Assembly (NCBI GenBank): GCA_965153285.1
Contig: OZ229115.1
Direction: 5' to 3' (one strand)
DNA from: Podarcis tiliguerta
Taxonomy: Eukaryota
Length of the DNA: 64,000 bases
Position 1 is the first letter of the stretch, and every line of letters begins with the position of its first letter. Below the pieces are notes generated by a model. It ran no database searches and was not told the origin of the DNA. It worked only from the letters and a program-made list of their open reading frames with translations. Shown piece after piece: positions 41,591-52,011 of this stretch. Position numbers and translations under genes: made by a program.

Positions 41591-44500
41591 AATGAGACCT
41601 GGCCTAATCTTTTTCTTTCAGCCTAACCTACTTCATAGAATTATTGTAAGGGAAATTGTGTTGGGGGGGTGTACATGCCCTGTATGCCACCCAATCTCTT
41701 TGGAAGAGAAGGGAAATTTTGTAAATCAATAAAAGGCCTTAGTTATGAATGCATTTGGGGGACATAAAATCTATCCTATGGAGTTTCTCAGAGAACATTC
41801 TGAATGTATTAATGTCCTTAAATAACCCAGTTTGCTTTGAGAAGCAAGCCAACTTGTCACACCCAGTTCTGGATTCCACATTAACAACCTCCTTCCGCAG
41901 CATTAAACTTTGCCCTTGAGGACTTCTTTTTACTTTCTTCTATCCTTCAGTTACCACTTCTGTTTGTTTTGTCTAATATGTCATTATTTAGGGGGATGCA
42001 CAGATAGAAATCTTTGGAACTGGGCTAGTTTGAGTTTGAAAATAGAAATTTTCAGAGCCAAAAATAAAAAGACAGGCGTTTTAAAGATTATTTGAATAAC
42101 CTTTTGGCCTATTTCTGTGCTGCTAGCACAGTCAAAACGTGTACTAGAGAATAAATGTTTCTGTTCTCTTTGAAATATTCTGAACTCCAGGACTGGTGTT
42201 TTTTCAATGTTCTTTGAATCCCAAAGAAAGACTTGCCAGGAGGTTTCTTTTCTTTTCTTTTTTAAGTCCCCTTCCGCAGCTAGCCCTGGATATAGGCTGA
42301 CATTCTCAAAGCAATGTAATTGCCATTTCAGACTTCCTGTTTAGGATTCAGTCAAGTAGATATTGTTTATGGTTCATAAAACCTTACTACTGTGAGGATT
42401 TTAGGACACTGGCAGTATAGAGCCTCAACTTTCATAGTGCTGTAAATTAGGGAGGGGGGAGTGTGATAATACTCCTCTGAGGACATTAAAACAGAGCTCA
42501 GCAATGGTTAAATGGAATTTTATAAGCACATNNNNNNNNNNNNNNNNNNNNNNNNNNNNNNNNNNNNNNNNNNNNNNNNNNNNNNNNNNNNNNNNNNNNN
42601 NNNNNNNNNNNNNNNNNNNNNNNNNNNNNNNNNNNNNNNNNNNNNNNNNNNNNNNNNNNNNNNNNNNNNNNNGATCTTGTACTGGACTGCAGAATTCTTC
42701 TTGATGTTTCACCTTCAGCATGGGGGGGAAGGACAGTAAAATCCATTTTAGGACAACACAGAATTGTAGTAGCCCCAGGTATGGGTAAAAAAAGTGAGAC
42801 GTCTTAATGCAGGCCCAGTAAATGGTCTGGGCATTTCTTATACTGCAGATTTTCTGAAGCTGTTCAGATGTGGACCTGAGTAGTTCCTTGCACTAGAGAC
42901 CACTGGGAATCCCATATAAGACCAGATACTTAAAAAATTGAAATATTGAATGCATTTCTGATTGCATATTACCCAACATGCCAAAAAATTCTTCCAGCAC
43001 AGATACTTGTTTTTACAACTTAGACGGATCTGTGAATCGCAGACCAAATGTGAGCATATTTGTGGCAGCATGTGTAAGTGCATTTAAACACCCCCTTTAT
43101 TTTGAAGCTTACATTTTCTTTCAATTGTAAGGCTGAAAGTTTGTCAAAAAAATAGTTTAGCTGCTATTCGAACACAATCCAAAATATTTCACCCTCACAC
43201 CCGGAGTGGTGGAAATAGGGAGGGTGAAGTTTAAAACGCTACCACAGTAGAACCACTGCCTATGGACTTTTTTTCCTGTGAGACATTATGAATTTGTTGT
43301 GAATCCAGTAAATGCACATGCTCTTTAATGCCTTTGAAATGCAAACAAATAATAATCAAGGGTGGTTGCATGTTTGGGGGGGGGGGAGGCAGACTTCTGA
43401 CTTGTAAACAGTGAACTGGGGCATCTTATTCTGGAAAAAAGTCAGTTGGTAGTCAGTTGAGTGTCGAACATCTCTGCAAATGATTTTTTAGTGTCCAGTT
43501 TGGCCAGGAAAGAGTTAATCAGCTTTCCATTGTGTCAGACGTGAGTGGTGCCTCCAGGAGTCATATTGACACCCCCAGCGCAGGGTAACTCTATTCCTTT
43601 ATTGACATGTTGCTCCTCAAGAACACAACAGCACTGTCTGCAAATCATTGCTAAAATCATCTTTAAAAAAAAAAAAAAAGTTTGAAAGCCTTAAGGCTTA
43701 GACAAAGGCACAAGAGCTGCAGTGCGCNNNNNNNNNNNNNNNNNNNNNNNNNNNNNNNNNNNNNNNNNNNNNNNNNNNNNNNNNNNNNNNNNNNNNNNNN
43801 NNNNNNNNNNNNNNNNNNNNNNNNNNNNNNNNNNNNNNNNNNNNNNNNNNNNNNNNNNNNNNNNNNNCATTCACATCAGATTTTTTTTTTCTAATTCCCT
43901 TAAGCAGCTAAAGTATTTCATGAAATGTCAGCAGGGCAGGAGAGTGGGAGAGAGGTGTTTATGGGGAGAGGGTGCGACTGGCATGAGCCTCGTATAAGTT
44001 TTCTTTCCCATGCAAATATTCAACTCTTTCTCTCCCCCTATCCCACCCCAGTAAAAAAAAAAAAAAAGTGTGGGGAGTGCAACACAATAATTAGCCCTTT
44101 GTCTAACTTTCCCAAGTGCCAGAGAGAGGCTGATTAATTAAATATACAACAGCATTGGGTTTTGGAGTGGGGGTCTCGCTTGCTGGGTAGGTCATAAATT
44201 AGGCTGAATAAATACTTCAATGTGTTTGCAGTGGCCCTGCTNNNNNNNNNNNNNNNNNNNNNNNNNNNNNNNNNNNNNNNNNNNNNNNNNNNNNNNNNNN
44301 NNNNNNNNNNNNNNNNNNNNNNNNNNNNNNNNNNNNNNNNNNNNNNNNNNNNNNNNNNNNNNNNNNNNNNNNNNNNNNNNNNNNNNNNNNNNNNNNNNNN
44401 NNNNNNNNNNNNNNNNNNNNNNNNNNNNNNNNNNNNNNNNNNNNNNNNNNNNNNNNNNNNNNNNNNNNNACACTGAATAGTAAGATGGGTGAAGAAACTT

Positions 44501-45235
44501 CCCCACCCACCCACCCCGTTTTGAGAGGAGTTCAGAAGCACTGCAGATTCCCTCCCCCCCCAAAAAAACCTGTGCAGTGAGTAGCAAAGGAAAGAAGTGG
44601 CATGGAAAAGTGCGCCCCCTGCTGTCCAAAATGTGCACTGAGTATTATTAAAAGAAATACCATGCACAAGCTGCATTCTGAAAAAAATGCAAATAGTTTC
44701 AAGCGTTTTACTACGTCCCAAAGTGAAACAGGCCATCTAGGCATCCAGACTGTCTGAATCAAATCCCTGTAATTTTGGGATGGTTACTAACTGACAGTTA
44801 ACATCAACCAGAAGAACAGTAGCAGCAACAAAATGCTATAAATTAAGACCTAGATATCGTTCTTGATCACTACTTTAAAAATTAGTTCAGCCTAACACTT
44901 CTCATTTGCCTCTGTCAGTTGCATACTTTACATGGGACTTGTTTCAATAAATCAGTAAATCTATAACTGGAATGCTACTTTTAATGCTTTTAAAATAACA
45001 GTCATGTTAGGTGTGTTACCAAGTTGGATTGGAAGCCTTTATCAACTTGATAGGCAGGTCCTGGTGATAGTTTCTCTAACAACTAGGGACAAATGGTCTT
45101 TCTCTCAATTTAAAACATGTGGCTTCTTGCTAGCTACTCCTAGAATCATGATTCTAAACTTGGGTGCTGTTCGAATGTCTGCTGTGCAGGGTAATGTTTC
45201 GCACCATCCAAGCTTTACTGTTCTGTAATAACAGT

Positions 45236-45568
45236 TAAAGGTAAAGGTAAAGGGACCCCTGACCATTAGGTCCAGTTGTGACCGACTCTGGGGTTGTGAT
45301 GCTCATCTCACTTTCTTGGCTGAGAGAGCCGGCGTACAGCTTCCGGGTCATGTGGCCAGCATGACTAAGCCGCTTCTGGCAAACCAGAGCAGTGCACGGA
45401 AACACCGTTTATCTTCCCGCAGGAGCAGTACCTATTTATATATTTGCAATTCATGCTTTCAAACTGCTAGGTTGTCAGGAGCAGGGACCGAGCAACGGGA
45501 GCTCACATGTCGCAGGGATTCGAACCGCCAACCTTCTGAACAGCAAGCCCTAGGCTCTGTGGTTTAAC
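45236..45568 (-). mobile_element. Sauria SINE
   Basis: taaaggtaaaggtaaagggacccctgaccattaggtccag..; closely similar to the 5583 copy. Confidence 0.92.
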
Positions 45569-45915
45569 ATGAGAGCAAATTTTATTGAAATGAATACAAG
45601 AAGTTCGTCAGTATATATAGAATTTATGTGTTTGAATCAGTGCACTATTAGTAAACACTCATCTTAGTGGCCCTGATGACAACTGTTCACTCAGTTCAGT
45701 TGTGTAAATAATGTACCATTCTTTACTCACTTGAGTAATTTTATCAAAGCCAATCTATATTAATCTGGTGAATAGCACTGCTTATAAAATAATGAGCCTA
45801 GGCACCCTAACCTTCAGGAAAACCTTTTGAACAAAAGTTACATATAAAAACTATTTCATTTAATTACTATCAGTCTAGCTCTGACTCATAAAATCAGAAA
45901 AGAAAGATGGTGAAA

Positions 45916-45961
45916 GTGTGTGTGTGTGTGTGTCAGAGAGAGAGAGAGAGAGAGAGAGAGA
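45916..45961. repeat. Compound (GT)n-(AG)n microsatellite
   Basis: Direct observation. Confidence 0.9.
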
Positions 45962-46384
45962 TGAAAAAAGACCAAAGAATTAGCCAGTGGGATGAAAAAG
46001 GAAACTAGTCATCTGAATTGACTGTGTTTCTCTTGCCAACTTATTTTTAAATAAAGCAATATTTATTTAACTTGCCTCCATGACATACTGCCAAAGCTAA
46101 AAATCATGTAATCTTAAAGCCAGCAGGATTTTTGCTTTTCTTTGTTAATATGCAATTTAAATATTAATAATACTGGGTATTTTGGTGGAAGCTCATTTTG
46201 TCTGAGAAATGACAGGGACAGTAAAAGCACCACTTTGATTTGTGTCACCTAGCTGAACTTTTTTTATTTATTATATCACTCATAAAATCCAGTGATGCAA
46301 GGGCAATGTGTTTTGTTTCTGTCAAAGAAAGTAAGAAAAAAGGTGCAAATTATTAAAGCTGGACAGCCAGAACATATTTACATA

Positions 46385-46690
46385 TAGTGGATGCGGTGTT
46401 AGACTTCAGTGATCCTGGCCTAATCACGGCCTAGCCTACCTCACAGGGTTGTTGTAAACAGTGCTTTTTCTTGGGGGGGGACGCAGGGGTACGCACACCC
46501 CTAAACATTTTGTGAATCTAAGTTTGGCCTCATTGAGGGGCAGTATTTCAATAGGAAATAGGGATAGGAAAATGAGAGTACCCATAAACATTTTTTTAGG
46601 AAAAAAAGAACTGGTTGTAAAGATAAAATGGAAAGGCTCTGTGTAAGCCACTCAGAACTCCATAGAAGAATGAGAGGATACTATTGTAAT
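46385..46690 (+). mobile_element. CORE/MIR-like SINE interrupted by the 46459 MITE
   Basis: cctacctcacagggttgttgtaaa[MITE]gataaaatgga restores the SINE core when the MITE and one TSD copy are removed. Confidence 0.7.
46459..46613. mobile_element. hAT-type MITE with 8-bp target site duplication (TSD)
   Basis: GTTGTAAA|CAGTGCTTTTTC ... AAAAAAAGAACTG|GTTGTAAA. Confidence 0.88.
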
Positions 46691-47184
46691 AGGTAATGGT
46701 AACAATATTAAAAAACAGAATCAAAAGTTAGTTTCAAGCATTACACCAGCGTGATTCAGCCCCACTCCTCCTCCGCACCTGTGCCAATTTCCACTAGGTA
46801 CACACGGCAATGGCACTGAGATGTTCTTCACAGTTGGGCTGACTTCTGAGACAAACAGTGAACACAAGCCTGCTTCCATATGTAAGAAGTTTGGGCAACC
46901 TTCAAACGAGCACATGGATGTTTGAATCATAGTATTTGAAAGATTGTGGAGGGATGGCTTAAACGGATAACAGAAGTCACAGTTGTGTATAACTGAACTC
47001 ATGGTGGCCTTTAGTGTTGTGTCTGCTTGTTCAGCTGAACGTAACAAGGCCTTATCTAGTTATTTTACACTACCAGGGTTCAAAATCAAATAACTTTTTA
47101 TTGGGTTTTGATTCTTCTCACACCTTCATTGATTTGGTGGCTTTTCTGAGGTAAACCATCAGGCCTGAAGAACACAAAATGTAT

Positions 47185-47694
47185 TGTTGTGAGTTTGGGG
47201 GTGGGGGCTTGGCCATATGCCTGAGGTTCTTCTAAAGCCTGCATCCAGCCAGGGTTAAAATCTAATAGAGGATTCAGTTGTTCATGTTCTTGATAAAAGC
47301 TTATGTATTGGTCCTGAAGGTAACAAAGGAAGTGACTTTGTGCCAGAGAAAAAATGGGTGGGTCCTTCTCCCTCAACTGGCTAGTAGTTAGAAAGACAAT
47401 GGCCAGAGTTGAGGTATATAGAAGCAGGAGGTTGCAGGATGGGAATCCCGAGAGACAGAACCGTGCTTGATTTCTGCTGGAATCCAAGGCTGTGGCTATG
47501 GGAGACCTTCTTGGGGTGTTAATGGTATGAGTCACCTCCATTGTAGGTTCAGGTTGTACTGTATATATGTTGTAAATAAACCATACATCATAAAGGCACC
47601 ACAACTCTACTGCCCATCATTCTGAGGTAACCAAACCCTGAGTAAGTACCTGGAACCCGCTTGCACCCCTCCGAGATTGGGGTGCTGTGCAACA
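47185..47694 (+). mobile_element. Solo LTR (510 bp)
   Basis: GTAT|TGTTG ... CAACA|GTAT (4-bp TSD, 5-bp inverted termini); TATATA at 47415-47420 and AATAAA at 47575-47580 in the expected order. Confidence 0.8.
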
Positions 47695-48467
47695 GTATTC
47701 TGAATCTATTGGTAATAAAACAATTCACCTTTCCAGCCCCTTTCCTGCTGTGGTTCACCTCAGTCTGTCATGACAGACATCTATGCCCATTGTTTTGTAT
47801 TTTATGGAGTGCTATGATACGTTTTAGTTTAATTTCATGGAAGACAGCTTTTATCCAGGTTTAACCTTTATTTACAAACATAGACTTGGCCAGAGAGAGA
47901 AGTATCAGCACTTTTGCTGATCCAATTGCCTCTTATTTCAGGGTTCATCTGCTGTGTTCCTCATAACAACTGACAGTGATGTCAGCTATCCATTTTACAT
48001 GTTATAGCCACAATTCAGAACTGACAATAGAGAGACAGCCTTGATGTGGCAATTTTAAAGCATAGATCTTAGCCTTTTTCCATTTTAGCAATTGGACCTT
48101 CGTGTATATGGCACAATATTTTCACATGGTCCGAGATTGATGCAGCAAAAAAAACCCCACCCCTTTCCAAGTCTCAGGAGAATCCAACTGTGTTTGGACA
48201 AATATGAATGGAATCTAGGGGTGTGGTTCAGTTGTGGGACATGTATAGGCAAACTAAATTTAGCCACAACCTTCAGACTACTTTAATCCAAGATGGTCTT
48301 AATGGTTTCATGGAATGTGTAGCTCATACTACTCATTGTATTGCCAGAATTTCTAAAGTTCCAAGCAGCTCCTGAAATCTTTATGTGGCAGAAAGCCACA
48401 TGCTTCTTGTACTGCTGCTTTATCCTTCCTCCTCAACTGCCTAAACCTACTTTTGGGCTCCCTACAG

Positions 48468-48953
48468 CAGTAGTTTTTAACCAGTGTGCAGTGGCACCCT
48501 GGGGTGCCTTGAATGATGGTCAGGGCTGACATGGGCAACAATGGCCTCTGTCCTTCTTCCGATTCCCTCTCACGTCTCTGCCTCCCAAAGGCTTGCACAT
48601 CTGTTTGTTGCAGCATCTCTGGCTACAAGCTGTCCAGGCAAATGGTCCTCTGGGGCTGACCAGGGGGTACTTCCCAGGCCGCTGTGGGGCAGTGTGAAGA
48701 GGCACCTCTCTTTGAGGGCAGCTCAGAGACAAGGGGCTGTGGGGGCGGCTGCGCAGAGGACTCCCAAGGAGAGGTGGGAAGAGAGGAGGCTAAGGGAACA
48801 CTCCACAAGGGAGGGTGTTCAAAAAGCTGTGAGGGCCTGCCAGCTCTGCAGACAAGGGGTGACATAACTGGGCTCCTGAGCCCCATAGGGGTACCATGGA
48901 AAGAATGGAGTTGGTCAAGGGAGCCATGGACCCAAAAATGTTGAAAATCTCTG
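48468..48953. mobile_element. hAT-Charlie-like non-autonomous DNA transposon
   Basis: Termini CAGTAGTTTTTAAC and GTTGAAAATCTCTG are imperfect inverted repeats; both sides are flanked by CCTACAG; GC-rich interior. Confidence 0.8.
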
Positions 48954-49302
48954 CCTACAGGTTTATTATTTAAGTGACAGTTCATGGATAGAGCAGCACT
49001 CATGACAATTTGTGTCTCTTCCATATGTTCAAATATACACACATCAGTCACATCTGTGTAATGATTTGCAGTTTTATTATTTAGTGTTCAGTCATCTCTA
49101 TGTAAAAAGAATAAAGAGAGGTGCAATGTCATGTGATTTCACTGGTTTAGCACCTTGGCACAAGAAATAGCCAAATGATTCACTGTTAATTCCTAGGTTT
49201 TTTTACACATAGCCATGAACATGCGAGGGATTCTGCTTAAAGCATTGCATAAATACTAAAAATAAATCAACCTTTCCTTTCTTTTTTGTTTCCTTCTTGC
49301 AG

Positions 49303-49320
49303 TCCTGGTACCTGGGATAA
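49303..49320 (+). CDS. NFIA: NFIA terminal exon, coding part in the canonical frame: SWYLG*
   Basis: Strong polypyrimidine tract ..tttccttcttgcAG|TCC TGG TAC CTG GGA TAA. QSWYLG is the characteristic NFIA C-terminus. Confidence 0.96.
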   Translation, partial: SWYLG

Positions 49321-49379
49321 AACTCACAGCTTCCCACCACCCACCAGACAGACCACCCGACCCCTTCCCAACTCTGTAA
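49303..49379 (+). CDS. NFIA: NFIA terminal exon, alternative frame used when the 92-nt exon is skipped: [25 protein letters not shown]
   Basis: Joining 18694 to 49303 gives A|TC CTG GTA CCT GGG ATA AAA CTC ... ACT CTG TAA (stop 49377-49379). Resembles the alternative mammalian NFIA C-terminus [25 protein letters not shown] (recalled). Confidence 0.85.
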
Positions 49380-50595
49380 CATGGAAGCAGCAGCAACACA
49401 GTGCAGTTACTTCGCATCCATGGAAGGGGAGATGAACAGATATTGACAGCAAGCAACTGCTCGCATTCAGAAACGGCAAAAGTTATGGTTGATTGACAAG
49501 GGCCGTAACATTGTTTGGGGGGGGGCGGGAGGAGGGGATTTTTTTAAAACAAAAGAACACCTTAGTGACCGATGTAATTTCTCATATGGTGCTGGAAATG
49601 TTTGGGCTTCATAATTTTTGAAGTGTTTCAACTGGTAGTGTAAGCATTAGGGACACTGGGTAGTAGAGCTAGCCTGCTGGCTGCTTACTGACTTGCTGTT
49701 ATAACACTTTCCACATGGCGCCTAGCTGTTTTACAGTATTTTCACTGATTAATTTCCCATATAGGTGTGGGACTTCTTGAGAGATCATGAGGAACACACA
49801 TACATGATAACTTTTGTAGTAGCTGAATTCTGCAATATAGAACTTACAGGACAGACATGGGGCATGTTTTTTTCTGTAACATATCAGGTGTTTTGTTTTG
49901 TTTTTAATTTTACAGTCGGCAGTTAGATACGTGACATGAATCATAAGAGCATTATCAACAGGTTGATTTCCACTCAAGTTGCAGAGAAATATAAAATATC
50001 AACCTACTGCTGTTCACATGAAAAAGAAAAAAAGGGTTTAAATGCTGCACTTACATGAAACATTTTTGATGATTTTCAACATGATATAAAATCCACACGG
50101 AAATGGGGAAGTTNNNNNNNNNNNNNNNNNNNNNNNNNNNNNNNNNNNNNNNNNNNNNNNNNNNNNNNNNNNNNNNNNNNNNNNNNNNNNNNNNNNNNNN
50201 NNNNNNNNNNNNNNNNNNNNNNNNNNNNNNNNNNNNNNNNNNNNNNNNNNNNNCCACCCCAGGACTCTAAATTATCGGGGTAAAAAACAGCCTTGCAAGA
50301 AAAAAAAAGGGGGAGCTATTTTTGCTTTTTATGTTTTTTATTGTTAAACTTGTATCCCTTTAAAACTGAAGGAAATTTAAAAAGAAATACAAAATTTAAT
50401 GGTGCTTTTACCACAATATGTTATCTACATTAAATGCTAATTAATCATTTTCTGTTATCAAAGCACATAATTAAAATTAAATCATAATATCTGTTAATTT
50501 TATAAGCTAAAAGTCACTATAATAGATTATGCCAATTCTGATAAAATCGTATGTGTTTCCGGCAATATAGGGTATATCACTTCTCAAAATACTTT

Positions 50596-50683
50596 GGCCA
50601 CAACCAGACACGGAGGTAGGTGTGCTTAAGCCCATTGAAACAAATGTCCTTAAGTATGCTTCACTCTGAGTTGGACTGTGGCC
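50596..50683. mobile_element. Short palindromic non-autonomous DNA element in the 3' UTR
   Basis: GGCCACA..TGTGGCC termini and an internal cttaagcccattgaa..cttaag core; the same core recurs at about 4780-4870, 11140-11260, 12230-12330, 23455-23545 and 27795-27855. Confidence 0.6.
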
Positions 50684-52005
50684 CTTGAGCTAATAAGAGT
50701 AAGCTGTCCAGAAAATAAAACGCCTTTGTGTCCCTGAACTGGCGTTGGTTTTTTTCTGAACTGCAAAGGCAACAAAACAGAAGCAAAATGCTGATTCTAC
50801 ATCTTATACCAGTTCAAAGCAAGGACACTTGCTGAGAAGAAGAAAAAAAGTTTGGACCCAAAATGTCCTGATCTTATGTACAAAAAAAAAGAAAAAGGAA
50901 AAAAAAAACAGGAAAAAAAATGCAAGTGATTTTTTTTCCCTACCAGACAGCGGAGCACCCCTTTGCTTCCCATGCAACTTTAAGAAGGTTTCCTATATTA
51001 TACATATATATACGTTCTGGTTGGCGAGTCTCGCTAATCANNNNNNNNNNNNNNNNNNNNNNNNNNNNNNNNNNNNNNNNNNNNNNNNNNNNNNNNNNNN
51101 NNNNNNNNNNNNNNNNNNNNNNNNNNNNNNNNNNNNNNNNNNNNNNNNNNNNNNNNNNNNNNNNNNNNNNNNNNNNNNNNAAGGGTTTCTACTACTGTCC
51201 TATACAATCAAGTAAACTGAATTTCTTGGGAAGACACTTTTGCTCCTCATCTTTTCCCTGAAACTAATTTTTTGTTTTGTTTTGTTTTATTGATTTGCAC
51301 GAAACAAAAACAAAAAAAAATTCCATATCAATGTGCCTTGCCCTGGATAGCGATTATTTGTGGAATTGTTGCACATGTTCCTATATTGAAAGGGGTTTTT
51401 TCCCTAGTCAAGCATTTGGAGACACTTTTTTGTAAATGTGACTTTTATGTCAGCCATTGTCAGTTTCAGCATCTTAGAATTCAGTAGGATGTTAGTTGTT
51501 CCACAGATAGCGGTAGTGTTTTCTTGTCCTGTACGGTCAGTGGCAGTGCTATTCTGAGATCTGTAGATGCTAGATTATCAGTATTTTTGATGTTGCTGCA
51601 TTTTACATTTTATTTGGAGTCTTCCTTTTGTGTTTTTTTTTTTTGTTTGTTTTTTCCCAGATATATGAAAATATGCAATACCTGCTTATATCATGTAGAA
51701 GAAAAGCTTAGCAATTCTTAATTTTTCTTTAAATTTTTTTTTATTTGACCAAAGTCGGTGCTGCACTTGACGCAGTGTATTTTAGGTGTTTGTCTTTGTA
51801 CTTTTTTGTGATTTTTGAATGCACACGCAGGAAGGGCTCTTCTTAGAGAAGCAGTCAAACTGTGAAGCACTAAGCTGAACCCTGCTTCAAGCAATTTTTG
51901 TTTTACAACTGTTCCTTTCACAAGCAAGCCTTAAAAAAAAAAACCTCCCTTTTTCTTCAAATCCCACACCCATTTTTATTAGCAGATTGCAATCAATCCA
52001 CATTC

Positions 52006-52011
52006 AATAAA
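52006..52011 (+). terminator. Candidate proximal polyadenylation signal in the 3' UTR
   Basis: AATAAA followed by U-rich sequence; another AATAAA lies at 53463-53468. Confidence 0.4.

Noticed and set aside
44134-44736. 200-aa ORF and other ORFs containing X runs
   Set aside because: They stay open only because they cross N-runs.
47098-47604. 168-aa minus-strand ORF
   Set aside because: Lies largely within the solo LTR, with no gag, pol or env motifs.
51458-51466. TGTCAGTTT, identical to the first 9 nt of mature miR-223
   Set aside because: Sense orientation so not a target site, the match stops at 9 nt, and there is no precursor hairpin.
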